A stretch of DNA of 64,000 nt, taken from assembly GCA_964234715.1 (NCBI GenBank), contig OZ174277.1; one strand, given 5' to 3'. Origin of the DNA: Podarcis melisellensis. Lineage: Eukaryota. Under the pieces are notes generated by a model. It was not told where the DNA came from. It saw only the letters and a list, made by a program, of their open reading frames with translations, and made no database searches. Both the position numbers and the translations under genes were made by a program. This document shows, in pieces, positions 63,081-64,000 of this stretch (position 1 is its first letter; each line of letters opens with the position of its first letter).

Positions 63081-64000
63081 GCAGAACTTACACTAGCTCT
63101 TTATTTCTACGGTGTTTTGATGGGCACTGAATGGTTCATTTATTTTAATAAGATCGTGAGAGAGGATCCTGCTGCTTATGGGATTACTGGAAATGCGTGC
63201 TATTTTAAAGACTATTCCATAAGAGTTGTATCTTATCGCTGAACATCACAGCTGCATAAAACAGAATAGAAGTGTTTTTCTCAGAATGTAGTAACTCTAC
63301 ATAACTCAGTGATACAGGCACCACCATCCTGCTTACAATGCCCTGTACTTTGAAAAATTGGATCTTGTATATTTTTTATTTTGCAAGGTAAACTGGGAAG
63401 CAGAAGTCAGCCAGCATGGATGCAAGTTTTACACAAACAGCCCTTTGCCTTGGCACATCAGTGCAACATCAGGCACAGGGAAGACTGTTGGAGATGAAAT
63501 TTCATAACTGGCATATTTCATATGCAGAGGAGAAATTTATGACTTAAACAGGAGTCAAATGGGAAGAAAGACAAAATCAAATGTGCCCAGCTCCCTGCAG
63601 ATTTTGGTTTCCTGCAGTTTTTCAAGAGGCAGAGTTTAGAATAGATTTTTTTGTGTACTACTTAATTACCTCAGTCATTATGATGATTGCATAATAGTTG
63701 ATTCCTCATGTCATCATCATATTCAGATCTTTTCTTTTCTTTTAAAAAACACCCTGTGATTCCCTGCATAACACCACACAGGAGGAAAGGACAAAAACAC
63801 AGCCCATGCCGGCAGGATTTCTCGTTTCATTAGTGTAGTATAATAATAGCTGTGGTCAACCTCCTTAGCATATGGCAGTATCAAACATTGCAGGAGTTAC
63901 CTAAGATGTACTCTCTTGGTGGTATTTTAAAAAGGGAAATACGATTTTTCCATCATCCTTACAGGAATTTTCATGGTTTTTTCATCTGTTTTGGCTGAAT

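Overview
Eukaryotic (vertebrate) genomic DNA, almost certainly a squamate reptile and probably a lacertid lizard, inferred from Sauria SINE, Squam-like SINEs, BovB/RTE and lizard MITE families. Two convergent spliced genes. SNX3 (+ strand) is complete: 4 coding exons over 1574-21048, 489 nt, 162 aa. NR2E1/TLX (- strand, 51320-24725) shows 8 of 9 coding exons; the 97-nt exon 6 needed for the 385-aa protein is absent and best placed in the 204-N gap at 27591-27794. The rest is CpG islands, candidate neural enhancers, microsatellites and many SINE, LINE and MITE insertions. Nearly all ORFs in the supplied track are spurious. I found no evidence of a new protein-coding system. The most notable non-coding signals are a canonical REST/RE1 site in NR2E1 intron 2, a 45-bp-stem hairpin in SNX3 intron 3, a hAT-type MITE family carrying ZNF143/THAP11-like motifs, a phase-compatible candidate alternative NR2E1 first exon, a miR-9 seed site, and POU/SOX/homeodomain motif clusters.
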